Shown: positions 1 to 8,444, numbered from the stretch's first letter. The stretch: 64,000 nt of DNA from Lentisphaerota bacterium (GCA_015061865.1 SUVU01000002.1:4243-68242); one strand, 5' to 3'. Translations and numbers: made by a program. The notes: generated by a model not told the origin, from the letters alone.

Positions 1-2
1 AC

Positions 3-203
3 GCCGTCGCCCCCGGTTATATCGAAACCGACATGACTGCCCAGTTGCCGCAGGCGGCACGGGATGCGTTTTTGACCATCATCCCCGCCAACCGCGGCGG
101 TTCTCCGGAAGATGTTGCCAACGTGGTCAACTTCCTCTGCTCGCCGGATTCGGATTACGTCACCGGTCAGGTCATCCACGTTGACGGCGGTATGCTGATG
201 TAA
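3..203 (+). CDS. fabG: 3-oxoacyl-ACP reductase (SDR family), C-terminal fragment. The 5' end lies outside the window.
   Basis: Frame 3 translates as ...AVAPGYIETDMTAQL...NRGGSPEDVANVVNFLCSPDSDYVTGQVIHVDGGMLM*, with TAA at 201-203. The GYIETDMT and VDGGM motifs are typical of the FabG/SDR C-terminus. Confidence 0.8.
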   Translation, partial: AVAPGYIETDMTAQLPQAARDAFLTIIPANRGGSPEDVANVVNFLCSPDSDYVTGQVIHVDGGMLM

Positions 204-220
204 TCAAAATCACAGCAGCA

Positions 221-256
221 AAAGGCACAACTTGAAAAAGTTGTGCCTTTTTAGTT
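221..256 (+). terminator. Rho-independent terminator after fabG
   Basis: Perfect hairpin aaaggcacaac / gttgtgccttt with loop ttgaaaaa, followed by a T-run. Confidence 0.8.
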
Positions 257-318
257 TTTCACAAATGGTGCATGCAAATGCAGATCTTTGGTTTGCGATA
301 TATTATCGTGCATTCTTT

Positions 319-346
319 TTGACATTTGCTGTAGTTGTGCTATATT
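319..346 (+). promoter_or_regulatory. Sigma70-like promoter: TTGACA, 16-nt spacer, TATATT
   Basis: TTGACA at 319-324 and TATATT at 341-346, in an AT-rich intergenic region upstream of the 661 lipoprotein gene. Confidence 0.5.
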
Positions 347-660
347 ACTGAAAAGTCTGATGCGCTGCTAACGAAAGGAGGTCATATGAGCTGAAAGAAC
401 AGATAATTTCATAAAAATATAAAATCGTTTTACCAAAACGGTTGTGTATCAAAACTCGCAATTTTTTTACGCAACGGCCGTCGTGGTGCGGATTGTCATA
501 CCCTGGACATACTCCGCGCTTTGTCGTTGCGTAGGCTTGCGAGTGCCTGATACACGGAAAGCAGTTGGAATATGTCCTTTTTATTGTTCCGGCTGCAGAG
601 TCATGCCGCTGGCTCCGGAGAGCTGCGGCGAAAGCAAAATCCTAAATCATAAGGAAAGTT

Positions 661-981
661 ATGAAAATAAAAAATATATTGTCAGTGATAGCACTGATGG
701 CTTTGATGATCTGCTCCGGCTGTGGAAGAAACAACGAACAAATATCAACAGATGTAAAACCGGTGGTGGAAAAAATCATCTTCAATGAAGCCGGGGTCAA
801 AGCCGATTGTACGCGGTTGCTGGACATTCAGAAAATCGACCGCAATCATTACACCGCCACTGCGGAAGTTCAGTATTACCCCGGAGCGGCTGAACGAGCT
901 CTTAAAATGAAAAAAACAGAGCTGCTCAAAATTTCCATTGCTTATGATGGAGACACTGTTGTGGTAAGAATTGAGCAATAA
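661..981 (+). CDS. Small lipoprotein, function unknown
   Basis: The signal peptide ends in the lipobox LMICSGC. The SD-like aaggaaag lies 3 nt upstream of the ATG. 106 aa. Confidence 0.6.
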   Translation: MKIKNILSVIALMALMICSGCGRNNEQISTDVKPVVEKIIFNEAGVKADCTRLLDIQKIDRNHYTATAEVQYYPGAAERALKMKKTELLKISIAYDGDTVVVRIEQ

Positions 982-1016
982 TTTTTGGCACCTAAACCTT
1001 AAACTGGAGCAAAACT

Positions 1017-1415
1017 ATGAAAAAATTTACGATTGCATGTCTGTTGTCCTGCATGCTGGTGATTTTGCTTGCCGGCTGCAGCAAATCTGACACGAAAGCT
1101 AAAAGACAGGTCGCCGCATGCACTGCCAACCAGAAACAAATCATTATTTCGTTAATGCTGTATGCAAACGAAAATCCGGACAAAAAATTGCCGCAGGATT
1201 TGTCACAGTTGATCCACGACCAGCAAGTGCTGAGTTGTCCGAAAAGTTCAAGCAGTTATACCATTCTTCCCGGTGTTACTCTTGCGGCGCTGCAAAGTAG
1301 CGACAGCACGATCCCGGTGATTTGCTGTCAAGCCCATCCCGATGTTGCTGTTATCGGCTATGCGGATGGACACGTCGAAACGATCACCGGTCCGCTGCCG
1401 GCAGCAGTAAAATAA
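1017..1415 (+). CDS. H-X9-DG domain protein (DUF1559-like) with a lipoprotein signal instead of a prepilin leader
   Basis: The N-terminus MKKFTIACLLSCMLVILLAGC carries a lipobox LLAGC. The central segment CTANQKQIIISLMLYANEN resembles the C-x-NNLKQI segment of PVC prepilin-associated proteins. The C-terminus AHPDVAVIGYADGHVETI fits H-X9-DG exactly. Confidence 0.7.
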   Translation: MKKFTIACLLSCMLVILLAGCSKSDTKAKRQVAACTANQKQIIISLMLYANENPDKKLPQDLSQLIHDQQVLSCPKSSSSYTILPGVTLAALQSSDSTIPVICCQAHPDVAVIGYADGHVETITGPLPAAVK

Positions 1416-1482
1416 AAAATGCAGTTGTTGAAGCCTCCTCTAATCTGGAAATCCATGAATTCCGGGGGCAATACTGCGATAG

Positions 1483-1518
1483 CAATCAGCCCGGCAAATT
1501 GCCGGGCTGATTGTTTTT
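1483..1518. terminator. Bidirectional rho-independent terminator between convergent genes
   Basis: Stem caatcagcccggca / tgccgggctgattg with a short loop, followed by a T-run. Confidence 0.75.
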
Positions 1519-1536
1519 CGTATATTTTTCAGCAGT

Positions 1537-2034
1537 TTACTGCTGCTCTTTCAATCTGGCGACATCCTGATCAGCAAAATCAATGACAGCTTTGAATTTC
1601 TCCGCATTGCTTTCATCGGCAGAAACCAGCGCTTTATGTGCTTCGGCAACCGTTTCAGCGGTCGTCAGCAAAGATGCCGGAGCAGAATTGCCATCGGCTA
1701 TCCGCACCCCGCCATTGCTGTCAGACTCATCCACACAGTTGAAAAGTTTTGCTACGCCGAGATCCCGCAACAGTTTCAACAACGTACTGCTGGCACCGAC
1801 AAGCATAACTCTGTCACCGCGTTTGCGCAATTTCAGCGCCAACATGGACAATACCCCCATAAAGGTGCTGTCCATCGCTTCACAATTGCTTAAGTCGATC
1901 TGCAACTTCCCGCTTGCAGTGAGTTTGCCGGACAATTCCCGCAACGGCACCGCATAGTCGAAATTTGCTCTGCCGGAAACTTCAACGGAGTACGCTCCGT
2001 CCAGTTCCATGATTTTGAGATCTTCACTGCGCAT
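1537..2034 (-). CDS. STAS-domain protein (anti-sigma-factor antagonist-like) with a C-terminal extension
   Basis: The segment LQIDLSNCEAMDSTFMGVLSMLALKLRKRGDRVMLVGASSTLLKLLRDLGVAKLF is a typical STAS/SpoIIAA fold sequence. I chose the ATG at 2034, which lies 6 nt after GGAGA. Confidence 0.65.
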   Translation of the reverse strand: MRSEDLKIMELDGAYSVEVSGRANFDYAVPLRELSGKLTASGKLQIDLSNCEAMDSTFMGVLSMLALKLRKRGDRVMLVGASSTLLKLLRDLGVAKLFNCVDESDSNGGVRIADGNSAPASLLTTAETVAEAHKALVSADESNAEKFKAVIDFADQDVARLKEQQ

Positions 2035-2051
2035 AATCACTCTCCATGATC

Positions 2052-3842
2052 TTATTTGGAGGCGGCTTCACCGATCACAGCTTTGATCCGGCGGACACCG
2101 CGGCTGGAGCTTTCCTCTTTGAGGATTTTGAATTTAACCAGATCTCCGGTATTGGCAGCATGGGGACCACCGCAAATTTCTTTGCTGACATCGCCCATCG
2201 TATAAACTTTGACCACATCACCGTATTTGTTGCCGAAAAGCCCCATTGCACCGGCTTCCCGTGCGGCATCAACACTCATTTCCTCACAGGAAATCGGCAG
2301 TTTGCGTTCAATAGCGTCATTGACCAGCGCCTGAACTTCCTGAATCTGTTCCGGAGTCATTTTATCCGGGTGGCAGAAGTCGAACCGCAACCGTTCGGCA
2401 GTGATATTGGAACCGCGCTGCTCCACATGAGTACCGAGGACTTTACGAAGCGCCGCATGGAGCAAGTGGGTGGCAGTGTGCAGTTTGGCAGTCTCCTCAG
2501 AGTGATCCGCCAGACCGCCTTTGAATTTTTGCTCGGCTCCGGCACGGGACAGCTCCTGATGTTTGGCATACGCCGCCTGGAAACCATCCACATCCACCGC
2601 AAAACCCTGCTCTTTTGCCATTTCCACGGTCAATTCCAACGGGAAACCGTAGGTTTCGTAAAGATTGAACGCATTTTTGCCGCTGATCACTTTTTTGGCA
2701 ATATGCGGCGGAACCCGGTCGATAAGTTTCTGAAATTCTTTAGTACCATGTTCCAATGCGGCGGCGAACTGTTTTTCTTCACGCTCCAGCTCACTGCAGA
2801 TCATCTCGGCATTATTGACCAATTCGGGATAAAATTCGCCGAATCCGGCAATCACCTGTTTGGCAATGCGGGCGGCAAATTCGGTGGTGATACCGAGTTT
2901 ACGTCCTTCACGGATCGCACGGCGGATCAACCGGCGCAGCACATACGGCTGATCCACTCTGCCCGGAGTGATACCGTCACCGATGATAAACGTTGCCGCC
3001 CGGAGATGGTCAACGATAATGCGTTCGGATGAAGTACGTTCATTGGCAGGCACTCCAGGCACGCCGCGGATCGCATCCAATTCAGCAAACAACGGTGCAA
3101 AAATTTCCGTCTCATAGCAGCTGGGTTTGCCCTGCAATACCGCAGTAACACGCTCCAACCCCATACCGGTATCGACATTGCGCTGTGACAACGGTTCAAA
3201 TTTGCCCTCGGCATTTTTATGATACTGCATAAAAACGTCGTTCCAGATCTCGACCCAGAGTTTATTTTCCGGATCGAACACCTGCGGAGCCGGCTGCGGG
3301 CCGGTCCAGTAAAACATTTCGGTATCCGGGCCGCAGGGACCGGTCGTACCGGCGGGGCCCCACCAGTTGTCTTTTTTTCCGAGCTTGGCGATGCGCTCAG
3401 CAGGAATACCCAAATTATTCCAAATCTGCCACGCTTCGGCATCAAACGGACAATCTTCATCACCGGCAAAGACCGTGACCGCCAGCTGTTCGATCGGGAT
3501 TCCCAACTCTTTGGTCAGAAAAGTAAAGCTGAAATTGATCGCTTCTTCTTTGAAATAATCGCCCAGCGACCAGTTGCCGAGCATTTCAAAAAAGGTCAGA
3601 TGCACGGCATCACCGACTTCGTCAATATCACCGGTGCGGATACACTTCTGGCAGTCGGTCAAGCGGGTTCCGGACGGATGTTTCGCTCCCTGCAAATACG
3701 GCACCAGCGGGTGCATACCGGCAGTGGTAAACAAACAGGTCGGGTCGTTATCCGGGATCAGCGAAGCACTTTTGATCTCGGCATGGCCGTTTTTCTTGAA
3801 AAACTCAATATATTTTCTTCTGAGTTCGTTAGCAGTCATCAT
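2052..3842 (-). CDS. alaS: Alanine--tRNA ligase, short form (596 aa) lacking the C-Ala domain
   Basis: Catalytic-core motifs FTTAGM and HLTFFEMLGNWSLGDYFK are present. Editing-domain motifs HTATHLLH and CGGPH are also present. The ORF ends directly after the editing domain. Confidence 0.9.
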   Translation of the reverse strand: MMTANELRRKYIEFFKKNGHAEIKSASLIPDNDPTCLFTTAGMHPLVPYLQGAKHPSGTRLTDCQKCIRTGDIDEVGDAVHLTFFEMLGNWSLGDYFKEEAINFSFTFLTKELGIPIEQLAVTVFAGDEDCPFDAEAWQIWNNLGIPAERIAKLGKKDNWWGPAGTTGPCGPDTEMFYWTGPQPAPQVFDPENKLWVEIWNDVFMQYHKNAEGKFEPLSQRNVDTGMGLERVTAVLQGKPSCYETEIFAPLFAELDAIRGVPGVPANERTSSERIIVDHLRAATFIIGDGITPGRVDQPYVLRRLIRRAIREGRKLGITTEFAARIAKQVIAGFGEFYPELVNNAEMICSELEREEKQFAAALEHGTKEFQKLIDRVPPHIAKKVISGKNAFNLYETYGFPLELTVEMAKEQGFAVDVDGFQAAYAKHQELSRAGAEQKFKGGLADHSEETAKLHTATHLLHAALRKVLGTHVEQRGSNITAERLRFDFCHPDKMTPEQIQEVQALVNDAIERKLPISCEEMSVDAAREAGAMGLFGNKYGDVVKVYTMGDVSKEICGGPHAANTGDLVKFKILKEESSSRGVRRIKAVIGEAASK

Positions 3843-3944
3843 GATATAATTCCTCTATTTATACAGTTAGACCATCATCTTTATAAGATACAACACAAGC
3901 GTAAATTTTTCAAGTGTTTTTCTGCGGCGCTCCGGTATGGCGAC

Positions 3945-4631
3945 TTATTTTTTATTGACACGCCGCCATTCCCACGGCGGCTGCGGGTACGGATCCCGCC
4001 AGATGCCCAGATTACGGATGCGGGCATTTTTTTCTGCTGCAGCGATATCATCCTCATTTTTGGCGTATGCCGCATAATGCCATGCGGCGCCGTCAGCAAC
4101 CATTTCCAAATTTATATAACGCTCCGCCAGCATGACTTTGGCGACACTTCTGCCGTAATTATCAGTATTGATAACCGCCGCAGTCACATTTTTGCCCAGA
4201 ATTTTCTGCCGGAGCAGATCTCTGGCCTCGATCCCGTACGGCTGCAATTTTTCCGGAGCATCGATGCCAAAAAATCTGATGCGGTATTTTTTGTTATCAG
4301 CAGTCAGAATATCGATCGTATCTCCGTCATAAACTTCAAGTACTTTGCCCTCGACCATCTCTTTGGCGACTGCCCTGCCCTGTTCGGCATTGCTGCCGGG
4401 CAGCACTTTCACCAGCCACGTCGGCAGATATTTTTTGTATTTCAGCATGGAAATGCCAACATTTTCCATGCAGCCGAATTGGAAAATAAATCCGCCGGCA
4501 GCGGTCAGCAGCGCCAACAGGATCATGCGCTTAACAGTTCTGACGAACCATGATGATTTTTTGCCTTTACTGCCGGATTTTTTACTTTTTTCCGCTGAAT
4601 TCTTTTTTCCGTCTGATTTTTTCACTGCCAT
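3945..4631 (-). CDS. Membrane-anchored thermonuclease (staphylococcal nuclease, SNase family)
   Basis: SNase motifs VYDGDTIDIL and RFFGIDAPE are present, with a Lys-rich N-terminus and a TM segment. The start was trimmed to MAVKK (ATG at 4631) because the upstream part of the ORF overlaps the divergent gene and promoter. Confidence 0.75.
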   Translation of the reverse strand: MAVKKSDGKKNSAEKSKKSGSKGKKSSWFVRTVKRMILLALLTAAGGFIFQFGCMENVGISMLKYKKYLPTWLVKVLPGSNAEQGRAVAKEMVEGKVLEVYDGDTIDILTADNKKYRIRFFGIDAPEKLQPYGIEARDLLRQKILGKNVTAAVINTDNYGRSVAKVMLAERYINLEMVADGAAWHYAAYAKNEDDIAAAEKNARIRNLGIWRDPYPQPPWEWRRVNKK

Positions 4632-4694
4632 AGAAATTCCCCTTTTGTTTTTGAGAAAATATACCGTCTCAGTGCAAAAAAAACAAGTTGATCT

Positions 4695-4722
4695 CTTGAA
4701 AAATTGCGGCATAAATTTATAA
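4695..4722 (+). promoter_or_regulatory. Sigma70-like promoter: TTGAAA, 16-nt spacer, TATAAT
   Basis: TTGAAA at 4695-4700 and TATAAT at 4717-4722, upstream of the 4785 gene. Confidence 0.45.
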
Positions 4723-4784
4723 TTGTATAACAGAGGAGAAACTCCGGAATAACCCGGAGCAACAACAAAAGAGGAGGAGAAAAA

Positions 4785-5033
4785 ATGAAACGAACACTCA
4801 TCATCTGCGGCGCACTGGCGGCAAGTACTCTGTTGATCACCGGATGCGTCTACCACTCATGCGGCGGCGGCATGCCAGGCGGCAAAAACTGGCAGAAAAA
4901 ACATTGCGCCCCGCAGCCGAACTGCGAAGAAGTTGAGACCATGACCATCGAAGCAGTGGCGGTTCCCAACAACGCCCCGGCACCGCAAAATGCTCCGGCA
5001 CCGGCAGCACCCAAAGCTCCGGCGACCAACTGA
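4785..5033 (+). CDS. Small lipoprotein with a Pro/Ala-rich C-terminus
   Basis: Strong SD (agaggaggag), lipobox LITGC, and a C-terminal NNAPAPQNAPAPAAPKAPATN tract. Confidence 0.6.
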   Translation: MKRTLIICGALAASTLLITGCVYHSCGGGMPGGKNWQKKHCAPQPNCEEVETMTIEAVAVPNNAPAPQNAPAPAAPKAPATN

Positions 5034-5050
5034 ACTTGCGGGTGACAGGC

Positions 5051-5632
5051 ATGATGAATAAATCATTGCGGGATTCCCGGACAGAACGCAATCTCATCCA
5101 TGCGTTCGCCGGGGAATCCCAGGCCCGCAACCGTTACACCTACTTTGCGTCGCAAGCCCGCAAAGAGGGCTTTATGCAGATATCGGCAATTTTCGCTGAA
5201 ACTGCCGATCAGGAAAAAGAACATGCGGAAAGATTTTTCAAGTTTCTGGAGGGCGGTTTTGTCAATGTCAATGCCGCATTTCCGGCTGGAATCATCGGAG
5301 ATACAGCTGCCAATCTCGCCGCCGCCGCCGACGGTGAGTACGATGAGTGGCACACCCTGTATCCGGGTTTTGCCGAAGTGGCAAGACAGGAAGGATTCGC
5401 AGAGATCGCACTGGTTTTTGACTACGTTTGTGTTGCTGAAAAGCTGCACGAAAAGCGCTACCGTGATCTATTGCGCCTGCTGGAAACCGATCAGATGTTC
5501 AAACGTCCGGCTCCGGTAGTTTGGCGCTGCATGAACTGCGGCTACATCCATACCGGCAACTTCGCGCCGATGCGTTGTCCATCCTGCGATCATGACCGCG
5601 GCTACTTTATGGTGTTCAACGAAACCTTATGA
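5051..5632 (+). CDS. rbr: Rubrerythrin
   Basis: The ferritin-like di-iron domain shows ESQARNRYTYFA and EKEHA. A C-terminal rubredoxin-like CMNCGY...CPSC follows. I preferred the ATG at 5051 over the TTG at 5036. Confidence 0.9.
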   Translation: MMNKSLRDSRTERNLIHAFAGESQARNRYTYFASQARKEGFMQISAIFAETADQEKEHAERFFKFLEGGFVNVNAAFPAGIIGDTAANLAAAADGEYDEWHTLYPGFAEVARQEGFAEIALVFDYVCVAEKLHEKRYRDLLRLLETDQMFKRPAPVVWRCMNCGYIHTGNFAPMRCPSCDHDRGYFMVFNETL

Positions 5633-5640
5633 CTACAAAC

Positions 5641-5681
5641 AAAAAACTGGCGCAACTTGAGAAAATTGCGCCAGTTTTTTT
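5641..5681. terminator. Bidirectional rho-independent terminator
   Basis: Stem ctggcgcaa / ttgcgccag, flanked by an A-run upstream and a T-run downstream, between convergent rbr and the 5693 gene. Confidence 0.8.
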
Positions 5682-5692
5682 ATGGTTATCTG

Positions 5693-6817
5693 TCAGAGGG
5701 CAAGAAGTTTTGCCAGAGCATCGTGTTCCGCACCCCACGGCTGCGGCCACAATTCCGCCAATTTGGCTTTCACATCGCCACCGGCAGCAAATTCTGCGGC
5801 GGCAAGTTTGGCACCTTCGGCGAACTCCACCGGATTTCCGCCCTGACTCATCACCAGACGCATCGTTCCGATGACCCGGTCATCCCAGGAGAGTTTGCGC
5901 TCCGGATCCCGGGTAATACGGTCAATGGCATCTTTCAAGAACGGGTTGGTCATACGCACCAGCAGATTATCGACATAGGCTTTGAAACCGGCCGTGGTGA
6001 ACAATTCATCGTTAAGCGAAGCATATTTTTTCACCAGCGCCGAACCGGATTCCTCAAAAAACGCCACCCGTGCCTTTTCGATCAATTCGGGGTATGCGCT
6101 TAACTCATCCATCGTTTTGCAGCCTTTTTGTTTACCCAGCGTGGCAAGCAAAAAGTGCGTGGCATTATGACCGTAAAGTTTGGCATCCTCGAACGGGAAA
6201 AGATCGTCTTTGACGTACAGCGACTGAACTTTGCGGTTCTCAATACCCGGACATTTGGAAATATAAATCGTATTGAATTCCTCAACCAGATGACCGTTCT
6301 CTGCTTCCGGAGCCAGCGCCGGATACGCACCGCCGGCGGGAACGACACCACTCATTTTGCCGATAACAGTGTTGAGATAATAGGTATTCGGGAAAGATAC
6401 GCCCATGGCTTTTTCCAATTCCTCCGCCGCATGGTTGTTGTTTTCAGCGGTGTAGAAAAAGCGCACCCGTTCCGGCTGCAATGCGAAACCGGCTTTCAGC
6501 CACGGCGCACAGTAGGCGTAAAATTTCACGCTCGGCAATGCGGTCGCCAACTCAGAAGCCTCCGCCGCCGCCTGGATAAGTTTCTCAACATCAGCCGGAT
6601 CATTGGGGTTGTAAACCTCCACATTCGGATAGACTTCGGTGTAAACTCTATCAGCAGCAGCGACGTTGACCGTAACACTGTGAACCGCATTTACCGCAGC
6701 TTTAAGTTTCTCATTGACTTCAGCAATCACGATCCGGTCGAAACCGCCTTTCGCCGCACCGGCGAGAAAAATTCCGGTCTGGATCGGTCCCAGACCAATA
6801 CCGACAAATGTACTCAT
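5693..6817 (-). CDS. Mannitol-1-phosphate 5-dehydrogenase family (MtlD-like) polyol-phosphate dehydrogenase
   Basis: The N-terminal Rossmann motif is GIGLGPIQTGIF. The C-terminal segment NPFLKDAIDRITRDPERKLSWDDRVIG closely mirrors the MtlD NPYLKD...RxPxRKL...DRLI block. At 374 aa the length is MtlD-like. Confidence 0.6.
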   Translation of the reverse strand: MSTFVGIGLGPIQTGIFLAGAAKGGFDRIVIAEVNEKLKAAVNAVHSVTVNVAAADRVYTEVYPNVEVYNPNDPADVEKLIQAAAEASELATALPSVKFYAYCAPWLKAGFALQPERVRFFYTAENNNHAAEELEKAMGVSFPNTYYLNTVIGKMSGVVPAGGAYPALAPEAENGHLVEEFNTIYISKCPGIENRKVQSLYVKDDLFPFEDAKLYGHNATHFLLATLGKQKGCKTMDELSAYPELIEKARVAFFEESGSALVKKYASLNDELFTTAGFKAYVDNLLVRMTNPFLKDAIDRITRDPERKLSWDDRVIGTMRLVMSQGGNPVEFAEGAKLAAAEFAAGGDVKAKLAELWPQPWGAEHDALAKLLAL

Positions 6818-6838
6818 AATTTTACTTCCTTATGTAAA

Positions 6839-7930
6839 TTATTTGGCAAACACATCCACACCGGCGATGAAAATATCCTGATGTTTTTTCAACTGTTCTA
6901 TCGTATAATCATCAGCAAGCAGCTGTCCGGGCGCATTCATCTCGGTACCGGCAAGCAGCGGCATATTGTGTTTTACCGCAGCGGCAACGAAACGGTCAAG
7001 TTCTGCGACCAATTTCGCACTTTTTTCCGCATCCGCCGCCCGCCAGTTGCGATCGGGGATCAACGTCGCCGCACCGGCACCGTATTTCAAATGCAGATCC
7101 AACAGCGCATCCACATCGTTTTCACCGGCTGACAAACCATTGAGCCACGCCAGAGTCGGCACGGCGCCGCAGGCTTTGATAAACTTATTCATCTCCTCAA
7201 GGGTGGGGAAACTTTCCGGAGCGGCTTTAACATAACCGACACCACCGGATTTCATGGTTTTGGCACGGATAAGCGCCTCCATTTTCACCGGATCAGCCTC
7301 AAAGCCGCCGATTTTTTCCTGCCAGTACGCCGCCAGCTCTGCTCCGGCAAATTTTTTCTCTGCCGCCACCCGGTAAGCGCAGCAAACATGGCGCTCGGTC
7401 ACATTGCCTGCCGGAGTATATTCTGCGGCAACATTTTTGAAATCGACCGCAATTTCGGTCAGTAAAGTATTTACTTTTTCCACCAGAGTCGCCGTCCGCT
7501 TCTGCGCCCGGGCTTTTAAATCAGCGGCAAAAGCTTTCTGGGATTCCGGCACCACAGCAGAGGTAAATCCGCAACCGAGATGATAAGCGATCCCCGGTTC
7601 GCCCGGAGAGTTGATCTCTTTATCAGCCATATCCGGGACAAAGACTCTGGTTTCCATCCCCGCAGCTGCCCGCACTCCCAATGACCGGGCGGCGCTCAGA
7701 AACTCATCCACGCCATCCAGCACGTCAAAATCGACCAGCATTACGCCGCGCCAATTCAACTCTTTGGCCAGAGCGACCAGCATGGAGGGAGAATAACCGT
7801 AGCCGTTATAGGAATAAAAACTGTGACAATGCATATTAAACGCATTATTGGCTTTGCGAAATACTTCCAACGCTCCGGAACGCACCGCCGGCTCAAAGGA
7901 ATTCAATGCTTTTTTCATCGCTTCATCCAT
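6839..7930 (-). CDS. PHP-domain metal-dependent phosphoesterase
   Basis: The N-terminal NMHCHSFYS matches the PHP motif HxHxxxS. 363 aa. Confidence 0.6.
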   Translation of the reverse strand: MDEAMKKALNSFEPAVRSGALEVFRKANNAFNMHCHSFYSYNGYGYSPSMLVALAKELNWRGVMLVDFDVLDGVDEFLSAARSLGVRAAAGMETRVFVPDMADKEINSPGEPGIAYHLGCGFTSAVVPESQKAFAADLKARAQKRTATLVEKVNTLLTEIAVDFKNVAAEYTPAGNVTERHVCCAYRVAAEKKFAGAELAAYWQEKIGGFEADPVKMEALIRAKTMKSGGVGYVKAAPESFPTLEEMNKFIKACGAVPTLAWLNGLSAGENDVDALLDLHLKYGAGAATLIPDRNWRAADAEKSAKLVAELDRFVAAAVKHNMPLLAGTEMNAPGQLLADDYTIEQLKKHQDIFIAGVDVFAK

Positions 7931-7949
7931 AACATTACCCTTTGCAAAA

Positions 7950-8444
7950 TTATCTTCCCATCACTTTTCTGACGGCTTTATCCAACTCGATCTGGAATTT
8001 CTCAATATCTTCCGGTGTCGGTTTTTCGCCGACCAGATTTTCCAATCCCAACCGCCCCATATTGTCCACATACCACTCGGCACTTGAACCGGAAGCGAAC
8101 TTCACCGAACCGGAAAGCATCATCCCCGGACGGGCAAGTTTACTCACCTCAACGACCGTGTCGGAAATTTCCCCGTCAGCGGCAGGTTCGGCAGCAGTCT
8201 CCGGCTCAACTGTATCCGGAGCGGCAGCAGGCTCTTCCGCCGCCGGTTCAGCGGCTTTTTTCGCATTCGGATCCAACGCCTGCCAATCAACGTCCAAAGT
8301 CGATGCCAGGATCCGGACATCCATATAGGTCAAAGACGTTTTGAATTCTGCATTGATATGATTCTGAATATCAGAAAGCGACACCCCGGCTGCCAATTCA
8401 GCAGCGGTAAATTTTTTGATTTCAAGTTCCAGAGCTTTATCCAT
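7950..8444 (-). CDS. Hypothetical protein with an acidic Pro/Ala/Glu linker, translationally coupled to der
   Basis: The start overlaps the der stop (TAATG). I recognise no family. Confidence 0.5.
   Translation of the reverse strand: MDKALELEIKKFTAAELAAGVSLSDIQNHINAEFKTSLTYMDVRILASTLDVDWQALDPNAKKAAEPAAEEPAAAPDTVEPETAAEPAADGEISDTVVEVSKLARPGMMLSGSVKFASGSSAEWYVDNMGRLGLENLVGEKPTPEDIEKFQIELDKAVRKVMGR

Noticed and set aside
470-580. Possible SRP (4.5S) RNA because of a GGAA-AGCAG element
   Set aside because: The GGAA is not closed by the conserved helix-8 stem, and the flanking symmetric and asymmetric loop sequences are missing. The resemblance is superficial.
444-788. 114-aa plus-strand ORF covering the leader region and overlapping the lipoprotein gene
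   Set aside because: It has a non-ATG start, no SD and a Cys/Arg-rich odd composition. It also overlaps the better-supported lipoprotein gene at 661 in another frame.
2046-4553. Long plus-strand ORFs (2046-3032, 328 aa; 3219-4553, 444 aa) opposite alaS and the nuclease gene
   Set aside because: They are antisense to genes with unambiguous family motifs. Their translations are low-complexity (Phe/Arg/Gly/His-rich) with no motifs, SD or plausible starts. These are shadow ORFs caused by codon bias.
4632-4856. N-terminal 75 codons of the 303-aa ORF containing the SNase domain
   Set aside because: This part overlaps the divergent promoter and the start of the 4785 lipoprotein gene, and has no SD. 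The internal ATG at 4631 gives a sensible Lys-rich, TM-anchored nuclease.
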